Source: Gnetum montanum
Taxonomy: Eukaryota > Plantae > Gnetophyta
Direction: 5' to 3'
Assembly (NCBI GenBank): GCA_015680685.1
Contig: MNCI01002119.1
Coordinates: 400,923-464,922 of the forward strand
Length of the DNA stretch: 64,000 nucleotides
Below are positions 37,927-48,746 of this stretch, in pieces. The stretch's first letter is position 1; each line of letters begins with the position of its first letter. The notes under the pieces were generated by a model, which was given only the letters and a program-made list of their open reading frames with translations, was not told the DNA's origin and made no database searches. The position numbers and the translations under genes are program-made.

Positions 37927-40900
37927 ATGGGCAAGGGGAAGGAAGTGTAGGGCCAGGGTAGGAAGGGTCCCGACCTGACCTTTGCAGAAGAGACAGAGGC
38001 CATGTTGCACGGCCTGCCCAGGCCGAAAATCCCATCGTGGCTTGTGACATCCCATAGGTACACCTTGATCCCTGCTTCTTGTTGTTTCTGTGTTATCTTT
38101 TATTGTTTGTAGCATAGACAGTCTCGGCGTATACGCCGGCGGTAGAGGGTTTGTAGGTGTATGGGTTGTCGGCGTATACACCGAGCGTCATTTTATAGTG
38201 TAAAACACTCTTTATTGGCAAAATGTTTGTCAACGTAATTGATTTATCATCGGTGTAACTTCTGTTTATGGCGTATACGCCGAGGGCTTGCTCAGCATCT
38301 ACACTGGGCATGCGCGGTCGCTTTTACAGCCTAAACTTGATTTTCACGTCTCTGGTGTAGACTGTTTACACTGAAAGCTAACTTGGGCGTATACGTCAAG
38401 GGTTTGCTCAGCGTATACGCTGGGCGTGAAGGGGTTCGTGCGTCAGCGTAAAGCCGATTGCCGTCAGCGTAGACGCTGAGTTGAATTGTGTTTTTTACGC
38501 TAAGTGTTGGTTGGTGTATACGCTCTGTATACAGCATATACGCTGAGCTTAAATTGCATTTTTTTGTGCTAATTGTTGATCGTTTGGCCGGCGTATACGC
38601 TCTGTATACAGCATATACGCTAAGCATAAACAGTTAGTTGATTTTTGAATTTTGCCGATTTATGATACGAACTTTTGTTTTATTGTGACATCGCGATTGG
38701 TTGCAGGGACAGTAAATGCTTCCTCATTGTTGTTGAACTCGTCGGGGTATTGACATGGGTTGGCCCCGTTGAGGATGGGGAGGTTCCCCCGAACCTAACT
38801 GTGGATGAAAAGGGGGTTTGGTTTAGGGGAGGCGCGTGTGGATTTTTGTCCTTCCTATTGGACAATTTCGAGGTGTCTATCTGGTCAGACTTTGATGAGG
38901 TGACTGCACGGAGCGTGCTTGAGGAGATGCTGCCGGGGGCTGCGGAGGGTGTCATGGTTTTCATACAGGACATTGACAAGGGGCCTTTTGTTAACGAAGA
39001 TGGTACTATGCACGGGCCCCGGGCCACACGCCCATTAACGCGCGTGTGGGCACTGTTGCCGCGAGGGTTGGATTATCTCAATAATACGTTGTTCATAGTT
39101 GCCCATGCACATACATTATTCCAGAACCCTCCCGGTACGATGTATTGAGTGGCCAGGTAGGCATGTTTCAGTTTACTATTTCCTTTCGCTGTTCAGTGCT
39201 CATTTCTTGTTATGACCCATATTTGCTTACAAGACGAAGACCCACCCGGATGAGACACTCCTTGAAGATGAAGGATTAGCCCTTGATCGCACTGCTCTGG
39301 AAGCATGTATGATGGGCCCCACCCTTCATGGGACCATGCTGAGGCAAACGAAGGGTTCGATGGTCCACTTTCACAAGCAGTTCTCTAGAGCGTTTGCGAT
39401 GTGCAAGGCTCGTGGGTGGCTTCAAGAAGACTGGACTGACAATGGGCCAATTTTCTCTTGTGATCTTGGCAGCACGTCTAGATCTGCCACTAACGGTAAA
39501 GGATAATCTTTCTTGCATATGTTAGTGGGTCTATCTGTTTGAAGTTACGCTGATCTGATCGTTTTAAATTGGTTTTACAGTCGATGCACCTCCTGGTGGG
39601 GATCCCGTGACAACAGGCCGAACTGAGACTACTTTGTCCATGAAGTTCAGGGAGGTGGCAAAGGGACAGAAGTGGCTACGTAAGCAAGCTCCACCATCCC
39701 TCACTCGTTGCCTGGACGATGTCGGCCTCATGGAGCTTTTTATGATGCCTAGCCCTGACATCTCAATCGGGGAGATGATTGGGATCGTGGACTCTTTTAA
39801 TGAGTCTGTCTCACAGTACAACACCCGGATTAAGGGTGTCAAGGTGGTGTTTCTTCTATCGCTTGTGTTCTTTTCCAACTTGTTTGGCTTACCGGCAGAT
39901 GGCCTACCTGTAGTATTGGATAGATCTCATAAAGAGCTCCAGACGATCTGTGAGCTGGAATCTTGGCTAGGTGTGGCCAAAAGCACTAAGGGATTCCCGA
40001 TGCAGGGGAAAGCGAAAGTTGTAGAGGTGAATGAACTATATCCCCTGTTTCGGGCACGGGTATTCTGGAAAACCCTTTCCCAGGTGAGGTGCCTTGGGGT
40101 TGAGGCTGGTCGTGTCATGCGAACTGTTTTGGAAATAGGCATGCGGTATAACTGGGCTCAGTTTTTGTTGGTGGGCCTGCACAAGGAGATAGTGCGGTTG
40201 TGCTTGAATATCGAAGCACAATCTCACTTCACCTTTGCCTTCTTCGCCGGTTATCTCTGCCGTTTTGCTGAGTTCCTTGTGGTTCGCGCAGACAACAAGT
40301 TTGTTCTGCGGGATCGGGTCAACTATCCTGCCCGTGGGTCAAACACTGGTATGACACAGCCAAATCCCAAGATGCCCCAGAAGGTATCGATGAATCCGTT
40401 TCTGTTACTACAGGAGGATCATCTGGCAGTTCAATCCACACATGGGATAGTCTGGGATTGGAGCCAGAAGATGTACCTTTAACCGCTAGGTGGGCAGAAT
40501 AGGTTATCAAGGAAACCATCGGCCAAGCCAAGTCGAAGTTAAAAAGGCCCAACCGTCCGACGGAGGAGGTTGCCGATATCAGCCAGCCACATGTGAAGCA
40601 CATACGCTTCAAGATGACTGGTAAGCGAGGCTCAACCACTTATTATTTTATCGTATTCGTTTGTTTATTAATTGTTACTCCAATTGCTTACGTATTGTTG
40701 CTTTTTTTTTTTGAAAAAGTGAGGAAGCAGGTTTTGGAGACTATCATAGAGGAGGAGGAGATGACTACAGAGAAAAACAACAGGGAGGAAAGTCCAGAGA
40801 AAATCCAAGACGGAGGAACGGAGCAGTTAACAGAGAAGACTACTGAAACTGAACCGTTAGATGACCAGGACGCTATCAACCAAGTGTTCAGTAGCTTCCT

Positions 40901-42096
40901 TAAGGGTGTTTTGGATTTGGGCAATCCCCTAGAGAGTGATAAGGATCATGGTACATTTTCGCATTTAGTTCATTTTTATTTGCTGAATCAGTTATGGCTC
41001 CGATGGTCTATTATTTTTGTGTTTTTATGCTTTTCAGATGAAGGTAGTGAGACCAGGACGGTACGGTTGGATGTACCCATGAAGACGGTTCCCCATGAGA
41101 GGACCGCTGAGGTTAGTTCTTCCCGTGCCCATGAGCCACTTATTTGGTCAGAAATGCCAAGTAAGATGGATTTTGTGGTTGGCATCGCGGAGGAAGTTGT
41201 TGAATGGATCCAAGAAGCCCACCCTAACATAGGTATACATTACTTAAAGATTTGAAGCTTCACATCTTGTTTGTATAGTTTTAACATTTGTATTTTTGGC
41301 GTGGGTAGGTGCTAAACTGAGATGGGATCCCTCAGAAAGCATTAGCATGGAAAGCCTCACCACACTCTCCCCCGAAGTAGAGCAGGTGCTAAGGCCTGTT
41401 TATGAGGGAGTTGCAGAAAGCCTTGTACATAATGCCAAGTCATTATGGACTTGTAGGCGTTCCATTGAATAGTTGTGGCTGCAAATACAGGCGAAGGAAA
41501 AGGAAGTCTCCGAATTGTCAGAGGAACGTGACGATTTAAAGGCTCGGTATGAGTTTGCCGTTGCCAGACTAAGCAGAGATTGCTCCTGGCGAACGTCCGA
41601 GGTCACATACACCAGGTATTGGAACTTACTAAATCATCATGCGTTGTTGACTCAGAGGATGGCGGAGCGCAAAGCCCAAATTGATCTCCTAAACCTCAAG
41701 TGTCAAGATTGGAAGGCTTTTGCTTCCAAGGTTCGCAAATGGGGTCAGGATGAGAAAAACCATAAACATCATTACAAGAAATCATTAAAGGAGGTGTCTA
41801 TTGAGAAGAACCAGCTAGAGATGTTTGTGGAGGGTTTGGGTTTACGCTCTGCATTTGATACGTTTGCTCAAAACACAACTGTGGAAATGGAATCACCTAC
41901 AAGGGTGATAACTACTACTTCTGGGGAGGTGTCGGTGGGTGAATTCCCTCTGAAACGTCCTACCTGGTTGGCGGTCGACAAAGGCAAGGCTTTGGTAGAT
42001 ATTGACTTAGGCCTGGATGGGACAGATTGGGCCAGCGTTTCAGCGGAAGAAATCCTTCATCGGCTTGAATTCGGTCTAGGGGGTCCCCTATGGTAG
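37927..42096 (+). pseudogene. Antisense multi-exon accessory gene of element F (FCP1/NIF-like HAD domain, PMD-like domain, acidic region, coiled coil)
   Basis: Predicted introns 38058-38706, 39157-39233, 39496-39580, 40621-40719, 40951-41037, 41233-41308; exon peptides homologous to B and G; several in-frame stops. Confidence 0.78.
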
Positions 42097-42564
42097 GCGT
42101 TTTATTCTTATGAAGTTGGTTCATTGGATAATGTTTAAAATTTTAACATCCACTTATTTTTATGTTGGTTGTTTATTTTTGGTGTTTTCAGAATGAAGGT
42201 GGTGATGATGCCCAAGAGGCTGGCCCCAGCGAAGCAAGGGCCCCTGACGTTGGTGGCTCTAAAGGAGATGATCCTCCTATCCCAGCGCTTAGTGTTTTTA
42301 GTGTTTTTTGGGTTTTTTGACTGATTCAAATTGATACAGGAATTGATTCAAATTGATACAAGAATTGTAACTTGGAAATGTTGAGAAAAACAGGACCAAT
42401 TGGTTCTTAGAATTGTATAACGTTGCATGAATAAACATTTTTTTGTTGATTTTCAATTTGGTTGCACACACGACACAATGTTAAGATGTTTTTGGATTTG
42501 CTTTTCTGTTTAAATGTAATGCACTAGAATAATGACAAATGGTACGTAAAAAGGAAAACAGGGT

Positions 42565-42870
42565 ATGCGCTAGTTTAAGGCCATTTCGGGCCTGATTTGC
42601 ACTAGTTTAAAGCCATTTCGGGCCACTATGCGTAGTTTAAGGCCATTTCGGGCCCCATTGTAAGCGAGCAAAGTTTTGGATAAAGCAGATAAGTTTCTTG
42701 GTGGACCGACCTTTTCTGATCGTGGGTAGTTTTATGTCGTTGCGGACATGATAGTTTAACGTCTTTCCAGACAAAGGGTGTTGTTTAATAATGTTCTTGG
42801 CTCTATTATAGTTTAATGTTATTTCAGGCTGTATGTAGTTTAACGTCATTTCGGATGAAGGGTAGTTTTA
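42565..42870 (-). repeat. TAAACT motif array downstream of protease in F
   Basis: tagtttaaggccatttcgggcc x3 plus further tagttt units. Confidence 0.8.
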
Positions 42871-45800
42871 TTTTAATTGTTTTTTGATTTTCTTTATTTT
42901 TATGTCAGGGGGTGTATTAGCCGGTACGATTTTGTATTCTGCGTCTCCTTCGCTGATCACATTGAATGGCAATTTAGTCCAGGAGGCGTCCGTTAGAATG
43001 TTTTCGGTATTGGTATTTTCAGGTGCTTCGGTGTCCGTCGTTGTTTTTGTGTTGGTTTCTTCATGAGGCGATGTGTGTAGAGTGTTAGATGCAGGTGTTT
43101 CAGTTCTAGAAGACTCTTGTCTTGTGTTCGGAGGTTTACCGCCCACCAGTTGTGGTTTGTTTGTGTCATTTTGGCTAGGTTTGTCAAGTTCAACCTCGGA
43201 GCCTTGGTCCATGTCTATGTGCGACGAAATGATGGGAGTGGCCGCTTCCCCATGTATGACGATTTCACCACCCTCATAGGGTAGGTGAATCTCCTGATGT
43301 ATAGGAGAGGACACAGCTCTCAGTTGGGCCAACCAGGGTCTTCCTAATATTAGGTTGAATCCTGGCATTTCATCGATAACTAGGAAGTCAGCGGATGTGG
43401 GGAACTAGTCTCCCGCTATGAAATCTAAGGTTATCGTGCCTTTGACCAGTACAAGTGACCTGCTGAATGACCTTAAACATGTTGTTGTGGTTGGTTTAAT
43501 TAAGTCGGTAAGCCCCAGTTGTTCAATGATGGGATATGGTACAACATTTTTGGCTGCCCCATCGTCTACATGGACTCTATGTATTTTGAATTGGTTTATA
43601 TGTATTGTTATGAACATGGGGACTGTCATTATTTCCCCTGTGTTCCTGTCCATCTTGATGTTGTCATCCTGGAAGCTCAAGGGTTTCGAAATGGCCCCTT
43701 GAGATGAGTACATGATAGCATGAATGGCAGGTTCGCTTGGGGGCAAATCCTCAGTGACCGAGATGGACGTTAGCATGCGTACAAGGGCTTCCCGATGAGT
43801 TTAGGATGTCAAAACCAAGTCATATAAGCTTAAAGAAGTGTTCTTTTGCTTCAGCGCTTAAGTGACTTGCATCAAGGCCATTGCGAAATCTCTGCTGTTA
43901 GAGATGGTTTTGTTAGCAATGACTGGGTTCATTGGGCCCAACAGCTTTATTTCGTGTTTTAGTGGCCTATCATTTTTGCTCTATGCCGTAGTTTTAGATG
44001 GTTCATATTGTTTTGATGGTTCACCCTAATTTCCTGAGTTTGATTGATTATTAGTTGGCGATATGGGTATGGAATTAATGGAGTGGGCTTGGGGGGCCCA
44101 AGAGCCAACCATTGACGCTCCTTCTCCAAGCATTCACGTGGGAGCCTATCAGCTAAGCGTTCTTGCGTGTGGCGCAGAGGTGGAGCTGGTCTCGGAGCCT
44201 CATATTTCCTTGGGATGTGCACCACATATGGAGGCGGGTGGGATTGCGATTGGTCAGCGGGAGGCGTTTGAGACGAAGGTTGGCCGGGAACCCTAATGAC
44301 GTAGGGGTGAGGTTTGCCCTACGCCTGTGTGGTGGAGGTTTGACAATTGTTAGGATTTTTGGGTGTCCTAACGATGTACGGAGTCGGTTTCAGTGGAGGT
44401 TGGGCCTCCGCTGTTGCGACGGCTGATGGTACTCAGACTACGAAAGGGGCAGGCCGAGTGTGAGGGGTTGGGGGCTTTGAGGATGTAGGTACAGCTGAAG
44501 GTATACGGAGGACATAGGGCTACTGTGGGGCGCATGGTGGTTGAGGTGTGGGGGCAAACACAGCGGGAGGAATCTGCACTACGAATGGCCTATTAGGTGC
44601 TTCCTGTTTATGTTGGGGGTAGATGGTGTTAATGTTACGTGCCTCGGCATCGTCATCAAAGTAGATCGTGCTAATCACGTACAGGGCCTCTTTGGTGTTC
44701 AGGGGATCCTTATACACCCCCATAGGTTGATTCTGCGGTTGGACTAGGTTAGCGTCATCAAAAGTAATTTGGCCATCATTGATCATCTGTTGTATATCCT
44801 GCTTCAGGGTAAATAAGTAATCCTTTCTGTGCCCGTTGTGTTGATGGTAGGCGCAGAAGCGATCCATCCTAAAGCCTTTGGGTATGGGCGGCTCATCCGG
44901 CGTTGCTAAGCTTGGGTTCTGTATGAGTTGGAAGAACCGGTCATGTCTTTGGATGGCCGCAGGGGATAACTGCTTATGTTTCATCAGCCCAGTTTTCAGG
45001 AGCTGATCAAAGAGCTGGGATGGTTTCATCGGCAGAGGTGTGTATTGAGAGGGCTCTTTCCTCTCGAAATTGCGTGTACGGTTTTTTGGGTTCTGTGATG
45101 ATGATGACTCCGGGGCTGTTGTGGGAGCGGGTTTATAGTAGTTAGTAGGGGTTGCGGGTGGTTTTTGTTGGTGTGTGATGTTCGTTTGTTGCGCTCTTGC
45201 TATCGCAGCTATAGTTGTCTTGGCCTTCTCTTTATCCTTTTTAGTATGTTGATTTTTGAAGGCCAAGTATGCCGAGTCATGCCTATTTTGAGCCGCTTCC
45301 TCTATATTTTTGATCTGCACAAATGCCTGGTTAAGATCATGTGCATTAAGGTAGTACAGCTTAGATTTAAAGAAGTCATTAATAGCCCCTTTTGAAATTG
45401 TAAATAGGTAGGTTGGGGAGATTGGCTCATGTAATTCGTTGAGGGCAGTGCTCCACCTCTAAATGAATTTCTGAACAGGTTCAAGCGGTGCTTGCTTGAC
45501 CTGTATGAGACTGTCCAACGTAGCCTCGGGTTTCAAGTTGTACTTAAACCTGGTCACGAACTAGCATAATAAATCTTCTAAGGAGAAGATGGAATTCCTC
45601 GGTAGGCCGCGGTACCAGTCGAGTGCTCTCCCCGCGAGGGACATGGGGAACACTCGGAGAATGGAATGAGGCCATGCCTGGAGTAGCGCACATTCCAATC
45701 TGAATGTTATGAGGTGGGCGTTGGGGTCCATCTCCCCGTTATACTTGGTTAGCGTAGGTAGGGAGATGCCTTTGGGTAAGGTTAAGGGTGGGACTGAGGA

Positions 45801-47012
45801 GCTGATGGGGTCGTCGTTGTAGAAGTCCACTACTTTTAGCTCTCCGTAGGCGGCTGTTTTGAGGCGTTTTACCTCGTCTGCCAGTTCTTGCATAAGCTTC
45901 TTGGCATCTGCCCAATCTTGGGCACTCGGCGAAGCCACGGGCTGGGGGTGTGGGGCTGCATACAAGTTAGACTATTGAGTCGTGGGTTGAAAGGTCGAAA
46001 GCTGGGCAATCGGCGGTTGTGCATGTGGAAAGTTTACCGTGGGTTGCACTGAGGACGACACGTTGTATGGGAAACGTTACGTTTGCTGCGGCTGGGGCAG
46101 TACCTGGGGAAAAGTAACTGGTGGAATCGTGTGGGGTGGCACGTGGGGGTGATAAGGCTGGTGTGACGACACACCCATCGCTGGCCATTGCCCGGCCACA
46201 TTGTGTGAAGAGGGTCTCTGTTGGGTTATGGCCGCTGAGGGGCCTGCATGCACTTGGATGTGTGGGATGTAATGAGTGGATATGGAGGCTGGGATGACAT
46301 GTGGCATATCTATCACTCGGGGTGGGAATGTCACTCCCACGTTAGCTTGAGGGGGTGATGCTTGCGAGGACGAGCTCGCAGCTGCGGTAGGGATGACTGT
46401 GAGGGGGAAAGTGTTAGGTTGGGAATCACTTGGAAGAGGGATATGCACTAGCACTGATGTTTCAGGTGGTGGTGCTTGAGCCTAGGTAAACCTAAGATGC
46501 TGGAGGGGCAAGATTTCCCCTGTTTCTGGATGAAAAATGGGGTTAGCCTACGCTTGCGGGCTAAGAGTGTGGTAGGAGTCCTCGTGCTCGGATTGAGCAG
46601 CGAAGTCATCCTCTTCTTCTGGTTGGGGTTCTAGCGCATACCGATCCAACGTGCGACTCCTTTGCAGGAGGAGTTGTGTGATGAGCTCCGAATACTGCTC
46701 TGGAACTGGGATTACATCATATGGGGAAGGGGTGAACTCGTGTCCTCCCCTGTAGAAGAGTTTGAACTGCCTTTTCACCTCCATTTCAGCTTGGTCAATA
46801 GGTAGGCCAGCTTGTATTTTAATACATATAAAATTATACTGATCCTGGGTGATGATATTAGAGGCTGGATCTCTCCCCTGTAGCCGTAGGGATCGGTGGG
46901 GCCCTGCTATAGGTTGCACTCCTAGGTGCTGTGCGTCAGGCTGTTGGATGGCTGTGATGTCCACAATGGCGGTGGTTTGAATGGTGGCAATAGTTTTGTT
47001 TACAAGATTCAT
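42868..47012 (-). pseudogene. gag: Degenerate gag and protease of element F
   Basis: TKYNGEMDPNAHL, LAGRALDWY, FCAYHQHNGH knuckle, VHVDDGAAKNV, FNLILGRPWL. Confidence 0.9.
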
Positions 47013-47655
47013 GATGATATGTCGTGGATGCGAAATGGTCTGGGGATGTGAAGTTAGTGTTGTGTAGTGTGCAGAGTATACACTTCAATGGATAGCGTAT
47101 AGTGATAGCGTATACAGCGTATGCAGCGTATACAACATATATGGTCAGCGTAGACACTGGGGAGCGTATACGGCCTAAGATGGATCACGGCGTAAAAGAG
47201 GACAGCGTAAACTAAGTGGCAGCGTAAAACAGGAGGTAGCGTACAATAATTTGCACCATAGAACGAGTAATTGGCGTAACAGAGGAGTATAAAATGAGTT
47301 GCAGAGTAAAACAGGCTCAGCGTAAAACAAGTTGTAGCGTAAAACAAGTTCGGCGTAAAACCGGCTCAGCGTAAAACAAGCGGCAATGTGAAAACAGGTC
47401 ACAGCGTAAAGCGAGCTCAGCATAAAGCAGGAGACGGTAAAAGAGGTTGTAGCATCCAACAGGGGCTGGTGTAAAATGAGGCAGCGTAGGAGCCAGTAAG
47501 CTTTTAAGAGCGTAAACACTGTACAGCGTAGACGCTGGATAGTTGCAGGCTGGGGTTTTCGATTAGGCAGCATAAACGCTGGGAAGGTCTAAGCAAGGAG
47601 CGACTTGGAGTTGGCAGCATAAATGCTGGGAGTTTTCAGGTAAGGGTTTTAGGGG

Positions 47656-47672
47656 CCCTCCTTCTAGCGCCA
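47656..47672 (-). promoter_or_regulatory. Primer binding site TGGCGCTAGAAGGAGGG, probably complementary to the 3' end of tRNA-Asn(GUU)
   Basis: Starts TGG 5 nt inside the 5' LTR end; matches my recollection of the plant tRNA-Asn 3' end CCCTCCTTCTAGCG-CCA. Confidence 0.85.
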
Positions 47673-47677
47673 ATTTC

Positions 47678-48746
47678 TGTACCGCTTGAAATCGTCGGTC
47701 TCCGGCTGGAAGGAAAATAAAGATCGTGGGATCGCAGGACGAGAACAGAAGACCCTACCTTCGCCTGAGGGTGAGTTGGAATGCACAAAGGTAGAGTACC
47801 TTGGATGGTCCGCACGTGGATTAGACAAGGATTTCCCTATGCATACGCAAAGTGTTGTATGCTGGGTTATGCGTAAACAACATAGCTAGCGTAAACAAAG
47901 CGTAAATGGCGTAAAACAAATGCGAACAGTGCGTGAGCGTAAACGGACGTGAACAGAATGCGTGGGCCAAGTTGACGTAAAAATGTAAAATATAAACAAT
48001 CTGATGCAGCAAATGTAAACAATGGTATTACAGAGTCAAAGTACAGTGCACCGGTCTAACACAGTCATGAGGGAACACAAGGCCAACCGACCTTGGTGAA
48101 GTGGGAAATCGGGGTTTATATACAGGTTGTTACGCTAGACTCAGGTTAGGAGACACGTGGCGTGTTGACCGGGTGCACACACTTTACCAAAATACAATAT
48201 ATTACATCTGTCAAGCGTATACGCCATGTGAGGCGGGCGTATATGCTGGGTGAAGATGCTGTGCTCGGCGTATACACTGGCGGATGCAGGGCATATACGC
48301 TGGTGAATGCAGGGCGTATACGCTGGTGAATGCTGGGCATATACGTTGGGCGTATACGCCGAAGGATGTCCACTTGCTTCAATCTTTGCTCTTTGGTGTT
48401 GTCTTCATGCTATCATTGGAGATCTTGTCATCGAGCGTATGCATCGGCAGTACCTGGGCGTATATGCTAGAGTGTCGAGCGTATACGCCGTAGAGTGCCA
48501 GGCGTATCTGCTAGGCATACACGCTGTAGGGTGCAAGGCGTATACGCTGGGCGTACACGCTGTAGGTGTGTACTTGGGCATATACGCTAGGCGTATACGC
48601 TGGCGCAACATACTTGGTGAAAATTAAGTATTTCAAGGCCCGAGATTGCCATGTATGACATTTCATGTAGTTGAGGTTGTCCGTGGGTCTCAGGGTCCTT
48701 CTTTGGTGTCAGATAAGTACCAAGTGCCAAATTTTGTGGTGTTTCA
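47678..48746 (-). repeat. 5' LTR of element F
   Basis: Direct repeat of 31156-32374, PBS adjacent, TSD outside. Confidence 0.93.

Larger units (their letters stand above)
31156..48746 (-). mobile_element. Element F: full-length 17.6 kb Tat/Ogre-like LTR retrotransposon, TSD GCGAC
   Basis: Paired LTRs, GCGAC at 31151-31155 and 48747-48751, PBS, PPT, gag-PR, antisense gene, RT-RH-aRH-INT. Confidence 0.95.

Noticed and set aside
37927-42096. Host gene interrupted by or lying between transposons
   Set aside because: It lies inside the LTR pair and TSD of F and recurs at the same position in B and G, so it is part of the element
42093-42290. Additional terminal exon of the antisense gene (donor 42093, acceptor 42191)
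   Set aside because: Similar sequence exists in B near 9720-9880, but reading phases are inconsistent between copies, so it was left out of the gene model
47656-47672. tRNA gene
   Set aside because: Only 17 nt matching a tRNA 3' end including CCA, next to an LTR; this is a PBS
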